This document shows, piece after piece, positions 17,270 to 28,722 of a stretch of 64,000 bases of DNA. Within the stretch, counting starts at the first letter, position 1. Each line of letters opens with the position of its first letter. The notes under the pieces are model-generated. The model had not been told where the DNA came from and made no database searches. It saw nothing but the letters and a program-made list of their open reading frames with translations. The DNA is from an uncultured delta proteobacterium (GTDB taxonomy: Bacteria; Desulfobacterota; Binatia; UBA9968), in assembly GCA_963727625.1 (NCBI GenBank), contig CAVSHR010000004.1:1-64000 (forward strand). Direction: 5' to 3'. Made by a program: the position numbers and the translations under genes.

Positions 17270-18280
17270 CTAGATCGTTTTCCGCAGCTCACGGGCGACC
17301 TCGACAAGCAGCTTGGCCTTGGCGTTCGCAAGCTCGCGGCTGATCGTCATCAGACCGCAATCAGGCGCGAGCCAGAGGTTGCTCGGCTCGACGTATTTGA
17401 GCGCCGTGCGCGCGCGCTCGAAGACCTGTGATACCGGCGGTACCGGCGTATCGCCGGGATCGACGCAGCCAAACATCACGATTCGCCCTTTGGCGATGGC
17501 TAAAGCCGCCGGGTCGTAACCGCTTCGGGCGAACTCGACGCCGAAGCCGCCGATTTTGGTTTTCATCAGCTCCTGCAGCAGCTCGGGATATTCATATTCA
17601 TGTTGCGTGCCGGCACCGCCGGGGTAACCGTAGCAGAGGTGAACCACGGTGGGGACGTGGATGCCTTCGAGACAACGATCGAGGGCTTTCACGCCGTAAG
17701 CGAAAACTTTTTCGTGGTAGCGGGTCATGGCCGGTTCGTCGATCTCCAGAACATCGCAGCCTGCCGCTTGCAAGTCGAGTAGCTCCTCGTTGAGTGCCGC
17801 CGCCACGTCCATCGCCATGGCGGCCTCGTCCTTGTAGAATTCATCGAGGGTACTGTCGACCACGGTCATCGGCCCCGGCACGTCCATCTTGATCGGCTTG
17901 GAGGTTTGCGCTTTGGCGAAGCGGAGGTCGTCGACGATTGCAGGGGCGCGCCTTCTGATCTTGTCGACCACGCGCGGAACCGGGCGCGGTTGCTCGCGGC
18001 GGCGATAAATCCGTTTCACCGCTTCGTGTTCGAGGTCGATGCCGTCAAAGGCGGCTAGAATGTGATTGATGAAACCGGTGCGCCGCTGTTCGCCGTCGGA
18101 GATAAGGTCCAAACCGATGCGTTCCTGGTTATGGATGCTCAATGCGGTGGCGTCGTCTTGTGCGCATTTGAGCTCTGCGCCTTCGAGGCGAAACGTGGCA
18201 CGGCTGCGGTCGACTTGCGCGAGCCAGGCGGGGCGCGGAAAACTGCCGATGGTGGTCGCGGCGATGGGCGGAAGATTCAT
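17270..18280 (-). CDS. Cobalamin-independent methionine synthase II family protein (MetE C-terminal domain only)
   Basis: TTIGSFPRP, SDGEQRR, PGPMT, IDEP, HLC, PDCGL Zn-ligand motifs. Confidence 0.88.
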   Translation of the reverse strand: MNLPPIAATTIGSFPRPAWLAQVDRSRATFRLEGAELKCAQDDATALSIHNQERIGLDLISDGEQRRTGFINHILAAFDGIDLEHEAVKRIYRRREQPRPVPRVVDKIRRRAPAIVDDLRFAKAQTSKPIKMDVPGPMTVVDSTLDEFYKDEAAMAMDVAAALNEELLDLQAAGCDVLEIDEPAMTRYHEKVFAYGVKALDRCLEGIHVPTVVHLCYGYPGGAGTQHEYEYPELLQELMKTKIGGFGVEFARSGYDPAALAIAKGRIVMFGCVDPGDTPVPPVSQVFERARTALKYVEPSNLWLAPDCGLMTISRELANAKAKLLVEVARELRKTI

Positions 18281-18536
18281 ATTGCTAACCTCTCTCGAAT
18301 TTGTCTTTGGCTATATATCCACGCAGCGGGAAAGACAAGGTTGCTGTGTTGTAGTCTTGGAGTCGAAGATGAAAGTTCGAGGATCGACGATCGCTGCCCA
18401 AATCGGCTCGCCACCGCAATCGTCGCGCGTCTCGTGAATCCAAAATCCAAATCCAATAATGGTGGTGTTTCATTGACTCCGCGGGCTTTTCGGATTACGT
18501 GGGATAGATCAATTCAGAGCAAGGAGCGGATAAAAA

Positions 18537-19526
18537 GTGGCATACGATGACAGCAGTGTGAAGCCGATGAGCGCGAGCTTGATGCGCGCGCGAATTGCAA
18601 CCAAGATTCTCGCCGGACTTTACGAAGACGTGCCGACAATGCTCACCAGCGCCATTCGTCTGATGGTCGAATTGCCGGGAGGCTCGGCGCATTCCGGCCC
18701 GCCCTATCCGTTCACCATCGGTGTGAGCCCGGCATGGTGCAGCGGTTTGAACGGCGCCAAGCTGGTCGCCGCCGGCACGCTTGATCTGGTCTGGCTCAAT
18801 CCATCGATCATTCCTTCCATGGCGGTGCGCGGCGTCGGCCCGTTTCGCAAGGCCCAGCCGCTGCGCGCCGTGGCGGTCTTTCCTTCGTGGGATCGTTTGG
18901 TCATTGCCGTGTCGCCGCGGCTCGGCGTGCGCTCGATGGAGGAACTGATCGCCAAGAAGCCGAAGATGAACGTGTCTATCGCGGTCAACGATTGCGTCAA
19001 CTTTGCGATTAAATATTTGCTCAAGGCCCACGGCATCTCACAGAAAGATTTCGTCGACTGGGGCGGCACAGTCGATGAAGTGGTGCGGCCGAGCAATCCG
19101 CACCGCCGCGAAGGCATCGTTTCCGGCACCCTCGACATGGTCATCGACGAAGGCATGGATTCCTGGGGCGACGTGGCGGTGGCGCACGGCATGGTTTTTC
19201 TATCCTACTCGGAAAAAGTCTTGCGCAAACTGGAGAAATTCGGCTTCCAGCGAGCGCGCCTGGACCATGGTCGGGTCGCCGGCATCGACGAGCCAACCAC
19301 TGTCGTTGACTTCAGCGGCTGGCCGATCGTCGTGCACGAAAAGTTTCCCGACGACTTGGCGTACCACATCGCCGGCGTGCTCGATAAGATTCGCGAAGAG
19401 ATTCCTTATGACGCGGCCGAGACGCCGTCGATGAAACAGCTTTGTTCTAGCAGCGAAGCCGGCCCGCTGGATTTTCCGCTCCATCCAGGGGCCGAGCGCT
19501 ATTATCGGGAGAACGGATATTTGTAA
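18537..19526 (+). CDS. TAXI-family TRAP solute-binding-like protein
   Basis: LRAVAVFPS.DRLVIAV, C-terminal PLHPGAERYYRE.G motif. No obvious signal peptide. Confidence 0.75.
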   Translation: MAYDDSSVKPMSASLMRARIATKILAGLYEDVPTMLTSAIRLMVELPGGSAHSGPPYPFTIGVSPAWCSGLNGAKLVAAGTLDLVWLNPSIIPSMAVRGVGPFRKAQPLRAVAVFPSWDRLVIAVSPRLGVRSMEELIAKKPKMNVSIAVNDCVNFAIKYLLKAHGISQKDFVDWGGTVDEVVRPSNPHRREGIVSGTLDMVIDEGMDSWGDVAVAHGMVFLSYSEKVLRKLEKFGFQRARLDHGRVAGIDEPTTVVDFSGWPIVVHEKFPDDLAYHIAGVLDKIREEIPYDAAETPSMKQLCSSSEAGPLDFPLHPGAERYYRENGYL

Positions 19527-20093
19527 AAAGCCGTGTTCGTGATCGTGGGGCGCGGACGACAACACGGAGTCAGATGCCGACGATCGATCAGCGAAAACGA
19601 TTATTCGTTGCAAATAACAAGGGATCGTCTCAGAGTGCCGAGCTGCACGTTGATGTTATTACCAAATTAACCGAATTGGGCGGCTCGCGAGTGCCGTGGC
19701 AGAAACTTGCTCCCCGTGCCCGCGACATTTCGGCAGGAACGGTAGCGGGTGGCCAAGGAAGAATGTTTTTCACTTCCGTTTGTTAGCGCTCCGCTTTGCC
19801 AGGTAAAAAATAACAGCCAAGATAAGAATCATCGCCACTGGGGGAGCAACAGCACCCATAGAATACCTCCTTAATATGCCAGCCGCCAAAGATAACCCAT
19901 CAATTTTGCGATTCTCCACTACGCTAGGATCACTGTCAACCATGCTCTTGCGATAATCGGCCACGTAGACGAAGCAAAAGACCATTTTCACGACGAGTCA
20001 AAGCCATCTTTGAATGCGGGATGGACTCAATTGTTTTGCATTTACCGAAGATAGGCGGCGTGGTACTTCAATTGGCGAAGGGAGGATAAATCT

Positions 20094-20348
20094 ATGAAGC
20101 TATCTGTAAAGGCGTTGACCTACGCTGGTGCTATCCTTTGGGGTCTTATTGTTTTGCTTGTTGGCGTTGCTAATTTGATATGGCCACCGTATGGAGCGGC
20201 GTTTCTAAGCTTGATGAGTTCGGTCTATCCGGGTTACAAGGTGGCAGCGAGCCTCGGAAACGTTATTGTGGGAACTCTCTATGCCGTCGTGGACGGGGCC
20301 TTTGGCGGCGCCTTGTTTGCGTGGATCTACAACCATTTTGCAAAATAA
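20094..20348 (+). CDS. Small membrane protein
   Basis: Two to three hydrophobic helices, GGAGG RBS, ends FAWIYNHF. Confidence 0.7.
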   Translation: MKLSVKALTYAGAILWGLIVLLVGVANLIWPPYGAAFLSLMSSVYPGYKVAASLGNVIVGTLYAVVDGAFGGALFAWIYNHFAK

Positions 20349-20567
20349 GTTTTTAGTCGAGACGTTGCCTTTATCCACAAGCTTGTCTCGTTCCCTGACG
20401 ATTGAGGCAACACAACGCCTACGTATTCGCTGGATTGGCGACAGGCTGATCGCAGTACTCGGCCATGCGAGAGTCAGCCCTGATTTGATCGACGCTTCCC
20501 TGAAATCTCGGGACTTGGCGGCGACGGGGAGAGTCCCGTAGGGAGTGGGCGAAAAAGAGTTGCTGCA

Positions 20568-21485
20568 TCACTTCAGAGCGTTGTTCAGGACAGCCGCCAG
20601 CCGGACGCCGGATTTGGATAGCTGTTCGCGTACCGCGGGCAGGGCTCGATTGTCGTAGACGGCGTTGAGATGTACGCCCCTGGCGCCGTGATCGCCGGTA
20701 AATTGCTGCACGCCGGTGAAATTATAGGCGACACTCTTCGCTTGTCTAAAAGATTCCTTCGCCCAATCGGTCACCGTTCCTTTCGACCACGCGTCGGCTT
20801 TCGCTTTGGTAATCTGCTTGCCGAGTGCCTCGCCTATTGTTTGCGGATTATTGCCAAGGCGCTGCACAAGCGGGTTGTCCCAGTAGGAGTGAAGATTGTC
20901 CGTCTGAGTGCCGTCGCTGAGGAGCACCGAGACATCATTGCCACCGCGATCGTTGTTATCCGCCACATGCAGCGGTTGGTGCAGGTCGCCGACGAGATGC
21001 AGCAGAAACTTGAGCGCAAGGATCTTTTCAGGTTCAGGGGTGGCGAAGCTGCGTAGTTCGTCGGCGAATTGTTCGATCTTGTCGAGGAGGCAGCCTTGCG
21101 CGGGACCGGCGCTGGCAGCCGTGCCCGGCGCTAGTTTTGGGTGGTGGTTGCAGGGGGAGTCGGTATCGCCGTTGGTGATTTCAATGTCGACGAAATGCCA
21201 GTTGCGCGTAGCGTTGTAACGAATTTTGGTCGTCGATCGGTCGGAGTCGCGATACTTGTCCGCCCAAGTGGCACGGCTGACAAAATCCGCCGCCGTCAAA
21301 TTATCTTTGTCGGCGGCGAGCAGCGTCTCGACTTTCTTTTTGACTGCCGGTGTAAGGCGGGTGTAGGCGATGATGCCGATTATCTGGTGGCCTTCATCGC
21401 CCCAGGAATAGACGGAGGCTGTTGGGAAAACCAACAATATTGCAACGAAGGCGAGAAGGTTGCGGCGAACGAACCGACGAATCAT
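20568..21485 (-). CDS. Secreted S1/P1 nuclease
   Basis: Signal peptide then WGDEGH, ATWAD, WHFVD, HLVGDLHQPLH, NLHSYWD motifs. Confidence 0.93.
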   Translation of the reverse strand: MIRRFVRRNLLAFVAILLVFPTASVYSWGDEGHQIIGIIAYTRLTPAVKKKVETLLAADKDNLTAADFVSRATWADKYRDSDRSTTKIRYNATRNWHFVDIEITNGDTDSPCNHHPKLAPGTAASAGPAQGCLLDKIEQFADELRSFATPEPEKILALKFLLHLVGDLHQPLHVADNNDRGGNDVSVLLSDGTQTDNLHSYWDNPLVQRLGNNPQTIGEALGKQITKAKADAWSKGTVTDWAKESFRQAKSVAYNFTGVQQFTGDHGARGVHLNAVYDNRALPAVREQLSKSGVRLAAVLNNALK

Positions 21486-21541
21486 GATCTTTATCGGTCG
21501 ATAGCTGGACAGGGAACAGGGACCGGCAACTATTCCTGATC

Positions 21542-22087
21542 CTAGGAACGGAAAAAGTCGCCCCTTCCCCATTTCGAGCACACTTCTTTCAACGCAGCTA
21601 GCACATGCTTCGGCGTGAAGGGCCCTTCTATTAGCCGGATGCCGACCGCGTCGTAGATCGAGTTGGCGATCGCTGCCGCCGGAGTTATCGTCGCGCCTTT
21701 GCCAGCGCCAAGCGGCCGCATCTCCGGACGGTTGATCAGGCCGATGTCAATCTCGGGGAGATCGGGAAAACGCATGATCGGATACGTTGCCCAATCCAGA
21801 CTGGTCATGCCATTGCCGTCAAGGGTGACTTTTTCATGAAGAGCGCGGCTCATGCCTTGAACGATATTCCCTTCCACTTAATTCTTGACCCCGTGGGGAT
21901 TGATCATCAGGCTGCAATCATGGGCCGAGACGATCCGCTTCACAGCGACCTGACCGGTAGTTTTGTTCACTTCGACTTCGGCGACGGGCGCGATATAGAT
22001 GTTGGTGCGCCGGGTGGGCGCGACGCCGCGCCCTTTGGCGAAATTTCCATGCGCTGCGGGAATCGGTGAGGGCAATGGCTTGGGCAA
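21542..22087 (-). pseudogene. C-terminal fragment of a xanthine-dehydrogenase-family molybdopterin subunit
   Basis: VAEVEVNKTTGQV..AHDC..INP.GVKN*VEGNIVQGMSRAL...GAG...AAIANSIYDAVGIR. In-frame TAA at 21878-21880; N-terminus missing. Confidence 0.8.
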
Positions 22088-22129
22088 GCATCTCGGAAGG
22101 CATCGCGAAAATTACCAAGGAGCCCAATC

Positions 22130-23401
22130 TCAGACCGCTGGCGCCGGTTTGTTCTCTTCCTTGACGAACATCAACAGCAGCATTCCCGCAATGTAAGTGC
22201 CCGCGGCGATGTAGAAGGCCGGAGTGAAGCCGTAATTCTGCATCACGTAGCCGATGATCAGCGTCCAAATCGGGCCGGAGATGAAGCCGACGAAATAATA
22301 AATCGAAAACGCCGCATCGGTAAGTTCCGGCGTGGCGAAGTCACCGATCATCGTCTGCGTCAAGGCTCCGCGCGCCTGCACGAAGGCACCGTAGAGGATG
22401 AGATTGATGTAGAAAATGATGGTCAGCCCGGAGTGCTGCACGAGCAGAACCGTCAAGACCGCGGACATGAGGAGCGTTGCTTGCGTAATAATGGTGCGTT
22501 TCCCGGTGCGATCCGAAAACCAGGCGATCAGCAACGGCCCGACCAGGCCGCCCGCTTGCATCAGTGTCAAGATAAAGCCGCCACTGGCGGCGCTCACGCC
22601 AAACTGCTTCATGAAGAAGGGTACGAGATAGGTCATGTTGACGCCGGTGCCGCGACCAGCCGCGCCGGCCATCAGCACCAACGACGTGAAAAGGATATTG
22701 CGATTCTTTAAACACTGGCGGTAGGCATCGAAGCCGGCTTGAGCTTTTTTCCTGCCGCCGGTTGTTTCGCTGGCGCCGCCGGCGTGATCCCGCACGATAA
22801 ATAACGTGAGGCCCATGATCAGGCTTATGGCGCCGAACAGGACAAAGGCGCTTCTCCAGCCCATATAGAGCAGGGCGAACGATGCCGCCGCAGGACCGAT
22901 GAAAGAGCCCAGGTTGCCGGCGGAGGTGTGGAACGTCAGCGCCCAGCCGCGCGATTTTGGGTAGTAACGCGATAAGATACTCGACCCCAGCGGATGCTGC
23001 GGGCTGGAACCGGCGTCGATGGCGACCCGCGCGGCGATCAACTGTGGAAAACTGCCGACGAAATATTGCGACATCGCGGTAACACCGACGACGGCGTTGC
23101 CGACCGCGAGCATGGTCGTGCGTTTGAAGAAGTTCGACAAGAAACCGTAAATGACTTGCAGCCCCTGGCCGACGAAGCTCGATAATGCCGAGATGAAACC
23201 CAATCCTACCAGACCGAAGCCGAGCTCGGTCATCATCACCGGAAAAATCACCGAGGTGATGCTGTACTGCAGGTGATTCAATACATGACAGCTGCTGATC
23301 AAGCCGAGCGCCAAGCGTTTTTGCCGCAGACTTACTTCCAGGGCCGGCTCTTCGGCAGATGCCGTGGCGGCTGCGGCGACGGAAGTTGTTGGATCGCTCA
23401 T
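22130..23401 (-). CDS. MFS transporter
   Basis: About 12 hydrophobic helices, MFS-like loop motifs (WFSDRTGKR). Confidence 0.88.
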   Translation of the reverse strand: MSDPTTSVAAAATASAEEPALEVSLRQKRLALGLISSCHVLNHLQYSITSVIFPVMMTELGFGLVGLGFISALSSFVGQGLQVIYGFLSNFFKRTTMLAVGNAVVGVTAMSQYFVGSFPQLIAARVAIDAGSSPQHPLGSSILSRYYPKSRGWALTFHTSAGNLGSFIGPAAASFALLYMGWRSAFVLFGAISLIMGLTLFIVRDHAGGASETTGGRKKAQAGFDAYRQCLKNRNILFTSLVLMAGAAGRGTGVNMTYLVPFFMKQFGVSAASGGFILTLMQAGGLVGPLLIAWFSDRTGKRTIITQATLLMSAVLTVLLVQHSGLTIIFYINLILYGAFVQARGALTQTMIGDFATPELTDAAFSIYYFVGFISGPIWTLIIGYVMQNYGFTPAFYIAAGTYIAGMLLLMFVKEENKPAPAV

Positions 23402-23582
23402 ATAGTTTCCAAGCGCTGGATTGAATAGCTATCCTGTATAAGCAGCAATGCTTGTCTGTCAACCGTTCTTAGGACTGAGTAGCGAGGACTGAGAAGCGTA
23501 GTTTCAAATTTTTTGGGTCGATTCCCCGCAGCTTGCTGCGGTGTTATTTATTACCCAGGCCTCAGCACTCAGCCCCGTTGCT

Positions 23583-25115
23583 CTAATGCGGCTTCGCCGC
23601 GGCCGCAGGCGTGTCACTCGCCATGAACAAGCTCGCCGCCACGCCGAGGACCATGAGCGCGAACCCGACGGTGAAGGCAAGCCAAATGGCGTCGCCGAGA
23701 ATCGCGATCAGCCGCGGCAGGAGCTCGGGCGGAATTTGCATGCGGGTTGCCGGCTCTAAGAGATTCTGTGGATGGGCCAGCTTGTCGAGCAAGTCAGCTG
23801 GCAGCTCGCTGCCTGAGAGAGCGCCCAAGCCGCGCTGCATTTGATTCAACAGCACCGTGCCCATCAGGCTGACGGCGAAGGCGCCGCCGAAGGTGCGAAA
23901 GAGCATGACGGTCGATGTGGCCACGCCGATGCGTTGGTGAGAAACCGAGTTTTGTGCAGCTACCAGTGTGGTTAGGTTCGCCATGCCCATGCCGGCGCCA
24001 ATTAAAATTGCGCTTAAGATGACCCAGGGCACGCTCAACGCGGACGTGAATGCAACAAAGAGCATGAAGCCGAGTGCCATCAGCAACATGCCCAGCACCG
24101 CCACGGCGCGGTAACCGACGCGATTTATAATTTGCCCTGCAATCAGACTCCCCGCGGTCCAGGCCGCGCTTAGGAACAGCAGCACCATCCCCGCGCGTGA
24201 GGCGGTCAGCCCGGTGACACCTTGTAAATAGAGTGGCAAATAACTTATGGCGCCAAACACGCCCATGGCCGCCAGAGTAGCGACGGCGGCGGAAGTTTTA
24301 AAAAGCCGCAAATGGAACAGATCCAGCGGGATGATCGGCTCGGCGGCGCGGCGCTCGATAAAATAAAATATCCCGAGGAGCAAAACCGCGACCGCCATGA
24401 ATCCGGCGAATTCCAGATTGATCGGTTGGCGCGCATGGGCGCTGTGTGACAGGGCGTAAAATACCAGCATGAGCGCCGACAACAGCATGAATGTGCCGGG
24501 GATGTCCAACTTACGGGCATGGCGTTGTTGGCCGGTCTCTTTGAGGCCGACAACGATCAACGCGACGGCCACCGCGGTAACCGGCAGATTGACGAAAAAC
24601 GCCCAGCGCCAACTCCAGTTCTCGACGATAATGCCGCCGGCGAGTGGACCGAGGATCGATGCCACGCCCCAGATGCCGCTGATGATGCCCTGCATTTTGG
24701 CGCGCTCTTGGGCTGGGAACAGAATACCGACAACGATGAACGACAACGCATAGATGGCGCCGCCGCCAAGGCCCTGAACCGCGCGGAACAGCACCAGCGC
24801 CTCCATGCTTTGCGCGGCGCCGCACAAGGTCGAACCGACCACGAAAATCCCGATGCCGATGAGCATCAGGCGCCGGCGGCTGTAGAGGTCGGATAACTTA
24901 CCGAATAATGGCGTGGTCAGTGCGGAGGTCAGCATGTAGATCGAAAAGACCCAGCTGTAGAGCTCCAGGCCGCCGAGCCGGGCGACGATGGTCGGCATCG
25001 CCGTGCTAACGATGGTCGCATCGATCGCGAAGAGAAAAATCACCAGCATCACGCCGAGCGTGGCGACGTTGCGTTTGGCGTTAGCCGCGTGTGATGGTTG
25101 CTGCGGTGAATCCAC
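23583..25115 (-). CDS. MDR/DHA2-family MFS drug transporter (14 TMS)
   Basis: AIDATIVSTAMPTI, GKLSDLYSRR, RAVQGLGGG, WRWAFFVNLP. Probable GTG start at 25115. Confidence 0.9.
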   Translation of the reverse strand: MDSPQQPSHAANAKRNVATLGVMLVIFLFAIDATIVSTAMPTIVARLGGLELYSWVFSIYMLTSALTTPLFGKLSDLYSRRRLMLIGIGIFVVGSTLCGAAQSMEALVLFRAVQGLGGGAIYALSFIVVGILFPAQERAKMQGIISGIWGVASILGPLAGGIIVENWSWRWAFFVNLPVTAVAVALIVVGLKETGQQRHARKLDIPGTFMLLSALMLVFYALSHSAHARQPINLEFAGFMAVAVLLLGIFYFIERRAAEPIIPLDLFHLRLFKTSAAVATLAAMGVFGAISYLPLYLQGVTGLTASRAGMVLLFLSAAWTAGSLIAGQIINRVGYRAVAVLGMLLMALGFMLFVAFTSALSVPWVILSAILIGAGMGMANLTTLVAAQNSVSHQRIGVATSTVMLFRTFGGAFAVSLMGTVLLNQMQRGLGALSGSELPADLLDKLAHPQNLLEPATRMQIPPELLPRLIAILGDAIWLAFTVGFALMVLGVAASLFMASDTPAAAAKPH

Positions 25116-25271
25116 GTGGAAGTAATCCGAAACGTTGCTTTTTAAATTGCAAAAGACAGTTATGAGTTGAACTAGTTGCCGCGGAGAGTCAAGCAAAGGC
25201 GAAATGTCGAGTTGCATTGACAGCCGCTTTGGGTCCAGGCTAAGTAGGGAAATTAGTCCGAGAAGGGTAGG

Positions 25272-26010
25272 ATGTTCGAAAATGTCTTGAGAGTTGTTTT
25301 GATTGGGACGGTGTTCACGTCGTTGACTTGGCCAATCTCTTCGGCCGCGCAAATTACCCCGGAGGTTATCGAAGCGGCAAAGAAAGAAGGTGAGGTGACG
25401 TTGTACGGCGCCATCACGATCAAATCGTCCAAAGCGATCGGCGATGCATTTGAGAAAAATATGGAATTAAACTTAGACACTGGCGCGGCAACGCCACCGA
25501 ATTGATCAACCGGAGCCTGGCGGAAGCGCGGGCGGGTAAGGCGGTTTTCGACGTTACCTTCGGTAACGAAGTGGTGATGACGGCACTGGATGAGAAAAAT
25601 CTCTTTGCCGCCTTTTAGTCGCCGGCGGCGAAGCATTATCCTAGGCAGTTCTTGACCCGGATAATAAGATGACGCCATGGCGGGTGTTGCCTTACGGCAT
25701 CACCTACAATTATGAGGTGCTCAAGGCATCGGAGGCGCCCAAAAGCTGGGAAGATCTATTGGAGCCCAAATGGAAGGGCAAGTTCGGCATGGCCAATTCA
25801 GGGATCCACGTGACCACGCTGCAATTCGTTTTGAATTTGGCCAAACTGCTCGGCCCCAAATGGCTCAAAGTGGTCGAAAGCTGGTCGAAGCAGGAACCCC
25901 GTTTGGGCCGCAGCTTGTCCGACGTGGTTCAACCGCTCACCGCCGGTGAAGTACCGGTAGCGAGCGGCTATATCAAGGACATTGACTTTTATATGACAAA
26001 ACTGCTCTGA
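25272..26010 (+). pseudogene. Frameshifted/truncated Fe3+-type ABC solute-binding protein
   Basis: IEAAKKEGEVTLYG and APKSWEDLLEPKWKGK pieces lie in different frames and resemble the intact paralog at 46798-47781. Confidence 0.75.
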
Positions 26011-26184
26011 AGCAGTTAAATAAGGATCTGCGCTATTTGGGATAGTTGCTTAAATTATATTGAAAAATGAGTAAGTTTTTCGGCTAAGTGATGCTCAATC
26101 GATTTCTACGACTTTAGTCTTGACGGGATTGATTCACTTGCTTATATTCGCTCTACTTTCAGTTGGGAAAGGTGGTGAGGTCGC

Positions 26185-26466
26185 ATGAAAAAGCTGTTGA
26201 GTTTAGCCTCCGCGTTGGTTCTGTCGCTAGTTATGACCGGTGCGCTATGGGCTGCGGATATGGTCGAAGGCACGGTCAGCAAGGTCGAGAATGGCGGGCG
26301 GGTCGTAGTCGTGAAGAGCAAGGACGGCAAAAGCGTGAAAATGAAAATCAGTGGTAGCCGTACCAAGCTTGAAGGCATTGGCGACCGTTCGGAATTTAAA
26401 GCGGGTCAAAAGGTATCGGCGGAACTAGATGGTGATTCGGCGAAGAAGGTGAAGGTATCGAAATAA
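26185..26466 (+). CDS. Small secreted beta-rich (OB-fold-like) protein
   Basis: Signal peptide MKKLLSLASALVLSLVMTGALWA, Lys/Val-rich mature part. Confidence 0.75.
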   Translation: MKKLLSLASALVLSLVMTGALWAADMVEGTVSKVENGGRVVVVKSKDGKSVKMKISGSRTKLEGIGDRSEFKAGQKVSAELDGDSAKKVKVSK

Positions 26467-26496
26467 TTCCTAGCACGATTTGCTGAATTCTCGGGT

Positions 26497-26537
26497 AAAA
26501 AGGGGAGGATGGTTGAAAGCCGTTCTCCCCTTTTCTG
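26497..26537 (+). terminator. Intrinsic terminator
   Basis: AAAAGGGGAGGATGG-TTGAAAG-CCGTTCTCCCCTTTT hairpin plus T tract. Confidence 0.7.
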
Positions 26538-26620
26538 TTTGTTAGGGGAAGCCACCCCGGATAATCAAAAGCCTATCGCTATTTTACCTAAGTTGCTTTT
26601 CGTGGGACGGAGGAACGACC

Positions 26621-27412
26621 ATGCGACGTTTGGCAGAGCTACCTTTTACGGAGATTGAACCTTTGGTTCGCTCTGGCAAGTCGATTGTGATCTTGCCCGT
26701 AGGCGTGGTCGAGGAGCATGGTGCGCACCTGCCGCTGGGCATGGATTCCTTCGCCGCTGAAGCTTACGCCGCGTCCGCGGCGCTTCATCTTGAAGAGAGG
26801 GGCTATGAAGTCCTCGTCGCGCCCACCATCAACTATGGCGTGGCCCGCGCCGCCATCGATTTCCCGGGGACACTCTCGCTGGAGCCGGAGACGTTGCGCT
26901 CGATGATTGTGGAAATCGGCCGCTCGCTGGCGCGCCATGGCTTGAATCGTCTGGTGATCTTAAACGGCCACCGTGACTTGCATCACATGAAAGCGCTGGA
27001 CGGCGCGCGGGGGATATTGGTGCAAGAGAACCTCGCTCGGGTTCTCTGTGTCGGTTTCGCCAGCGACCCGGAAATGACCGCAGCCTGTTATCGCGACGGC
27101 GTTAAACAATTTTATCAGAGCCCGCGGCCGGACCGGGAAGGCCACGGCGGCGAGTCGGAAACTTCGGTGGCGCTCTACAGTTTTCCTAAACTCGTAAAGC
27201 AGGAGATCATCAAAACTCTCGATCCGAATTTTGACTACGATGTCGAAGCCTTCCGCAACGAAACCAAAGACTACGGGAGCATCAGCGGCGGGCGAGGTTA
27301 CTTCGGCTGGCCGCAAGCGGCTACAGCGGAGACCGGCAAGCAATTGGTCGCTGTGCGCGGTCGAAATATCGCCAACGTCATTCTAAAGGCGTGGGGCGCG
27401 CTGATGTCGTGA
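26621..27412 (+). CDS. Creatininase-family amidohydrolase
   Basis: GVVEEHGAHLPLGMD, FPGTLSL, LNGH, HGGESETS metal motifs. Confidence 0.9.
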   Translation: MRRLAELPFTEIEPLVRSGKSIVILPVGVVEEHGAHLPLGMDSFAAEAYAASAALHLEERGYEVLVAPTINYGVARAAIDFPGTLSLEPETLRSMIVEIGRSLARHGLNRLVILNGHRDLHHMKALDGARGILVQENLARVLCVGFASDPEMTAACYRDGVKQFYQSPRPDREGHGGESETSVALYSFPKLVKQEIIKTLDPNFDYDVEAFRNETKDYGSISGGRGYFGWPQAATAETGKQLVAVRGRNIANVILKAWGALMS

Positions 27413-27642
27413 AGCGTGTTCGCGGCTCGTGCTCGAAAACAAACGCGACCGTGTGACACGAGCCTGCTTTCTACTACGCCAACAAAATTACAAATACGCC
27501 GGCGACCATATTGTCGCTCATTAAGCTGTTGTCTTTCTTTATTCTCTTCATTGGTGAGCCTTCGACTTGTCGAGAACGTCCTTTTGGGCTGTTCCTTGCT
27601 ATGATAGCGTTTGGTTTTCTTCTTGATTAGTCGACGACTGCG

Positions 27643-28503
27643 ATGACTCCCCAGTTTTTGGCACTTTGCACCGCCCTTTCTTATGCAGCCGCCAATGTCT
27701 CCGTCAGGCGGGGGTTGCATCATTCCAGCGCCGCTACCGCGACTCTGGTTTCGTTGATCGTTCACACCGTGGTACTATAGTCGGCCGTTTTTTTGACCGG
27801 TGGTGTTCCGGAATTTGCGGCGACGGCCATTATTTTGATCGCTATTACGGGAATTCTCCAGACGGGCATGCGCTTGTGGCATTACACCGGCATCGAAAAG
27901 GTCGGCACCTCGCGGGCGGTGACGCTGCGCAGCACGCATCCGATAGTCAGCGTCGCGATCGGCGTCACCATTCTCCAGGAGCAGGTAACGCCCGAGATCC
28001 TCTTGGGGACATTTTGGGTGGTCGCGGGGATCGTTACGACTTCGTGGCGGGTTGAAGAGCAAATCAGCACGTTCCGCTGGCAGCACCTGCTATTTCCGAT
28101 GGTCACCGCGCTGATTACCGGGATCGTTCATCCGATCCGCCGCGCGGCGATGCTGATTTCCGACGAGCCGCTATTTTTTGCGGCCGTCGTCGGGCCCATA
28201 TCGCTCTTTTGCTTTGCCAGCACGTTGACAATTCCGATCATGCGAAGCCGGATCGTTTGGAACCCCAAATCTTTGCTGTCATTTATCTCGGCCGGCGTGT
28301 TTGAAACCCTGGCGGTTCTATTCATGCTCAACGCCTTTGTTACCGGGCCGGTGGTCCTGGTATCGCCCATCGCCGCGACATCGCCGATCTGGACGCTGCT
28401 CATGGGCGCCCTTTTCTTGCGCGACCTGGAACGCATCAACCGCTTCGCGGTGATGGGAACCCTATGTGTCGTTGCCGGCGTGATCGCCATTTACCTGGCC
28501 TAG
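27643..28503 (+). pseudogene. EamA/DMT transporter interrupted by in-frame TAG
   Basis: ATG 27643 MTPQFLALCTAL...HTVVL*SAVFLTGG. The TAG at 27778-27780 aligns with Trp in the neighbouring paralog (HSVVLWTAVFVTGG). Confidence 0.75.
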
Positions 28504-28722
28504 AGCGGGATGAAAGCTGTTGCCCGCGTAGTCGTACGCAAGCCCAGGCGTTAGAAAGATTGACTCGCGGGCGCCAACCATACAACGTTCGCTTAGATGG
28601 GAATATAAGAAATTAAAAACTGCGCCTATTTCACTATGGGAAAATAAAGTTCGTTGAGTTTGGCAAGCCAGACATCGTTTTTTCCCACTTGACTGATAAA
28701 GCCCGCCCATCGATTAAAATTA

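Noticed and set aside
19770-19991. 73-aa hydrophobic ORF
   Set aside because: Weak start and no recognisable family; may be a remnant, so not called.
22341-23462. 373-aa Arg-rich ORF overlapping the MFS gene
   Set aside because: Alternative frame of a clear MFS gene; composition not protein-like.
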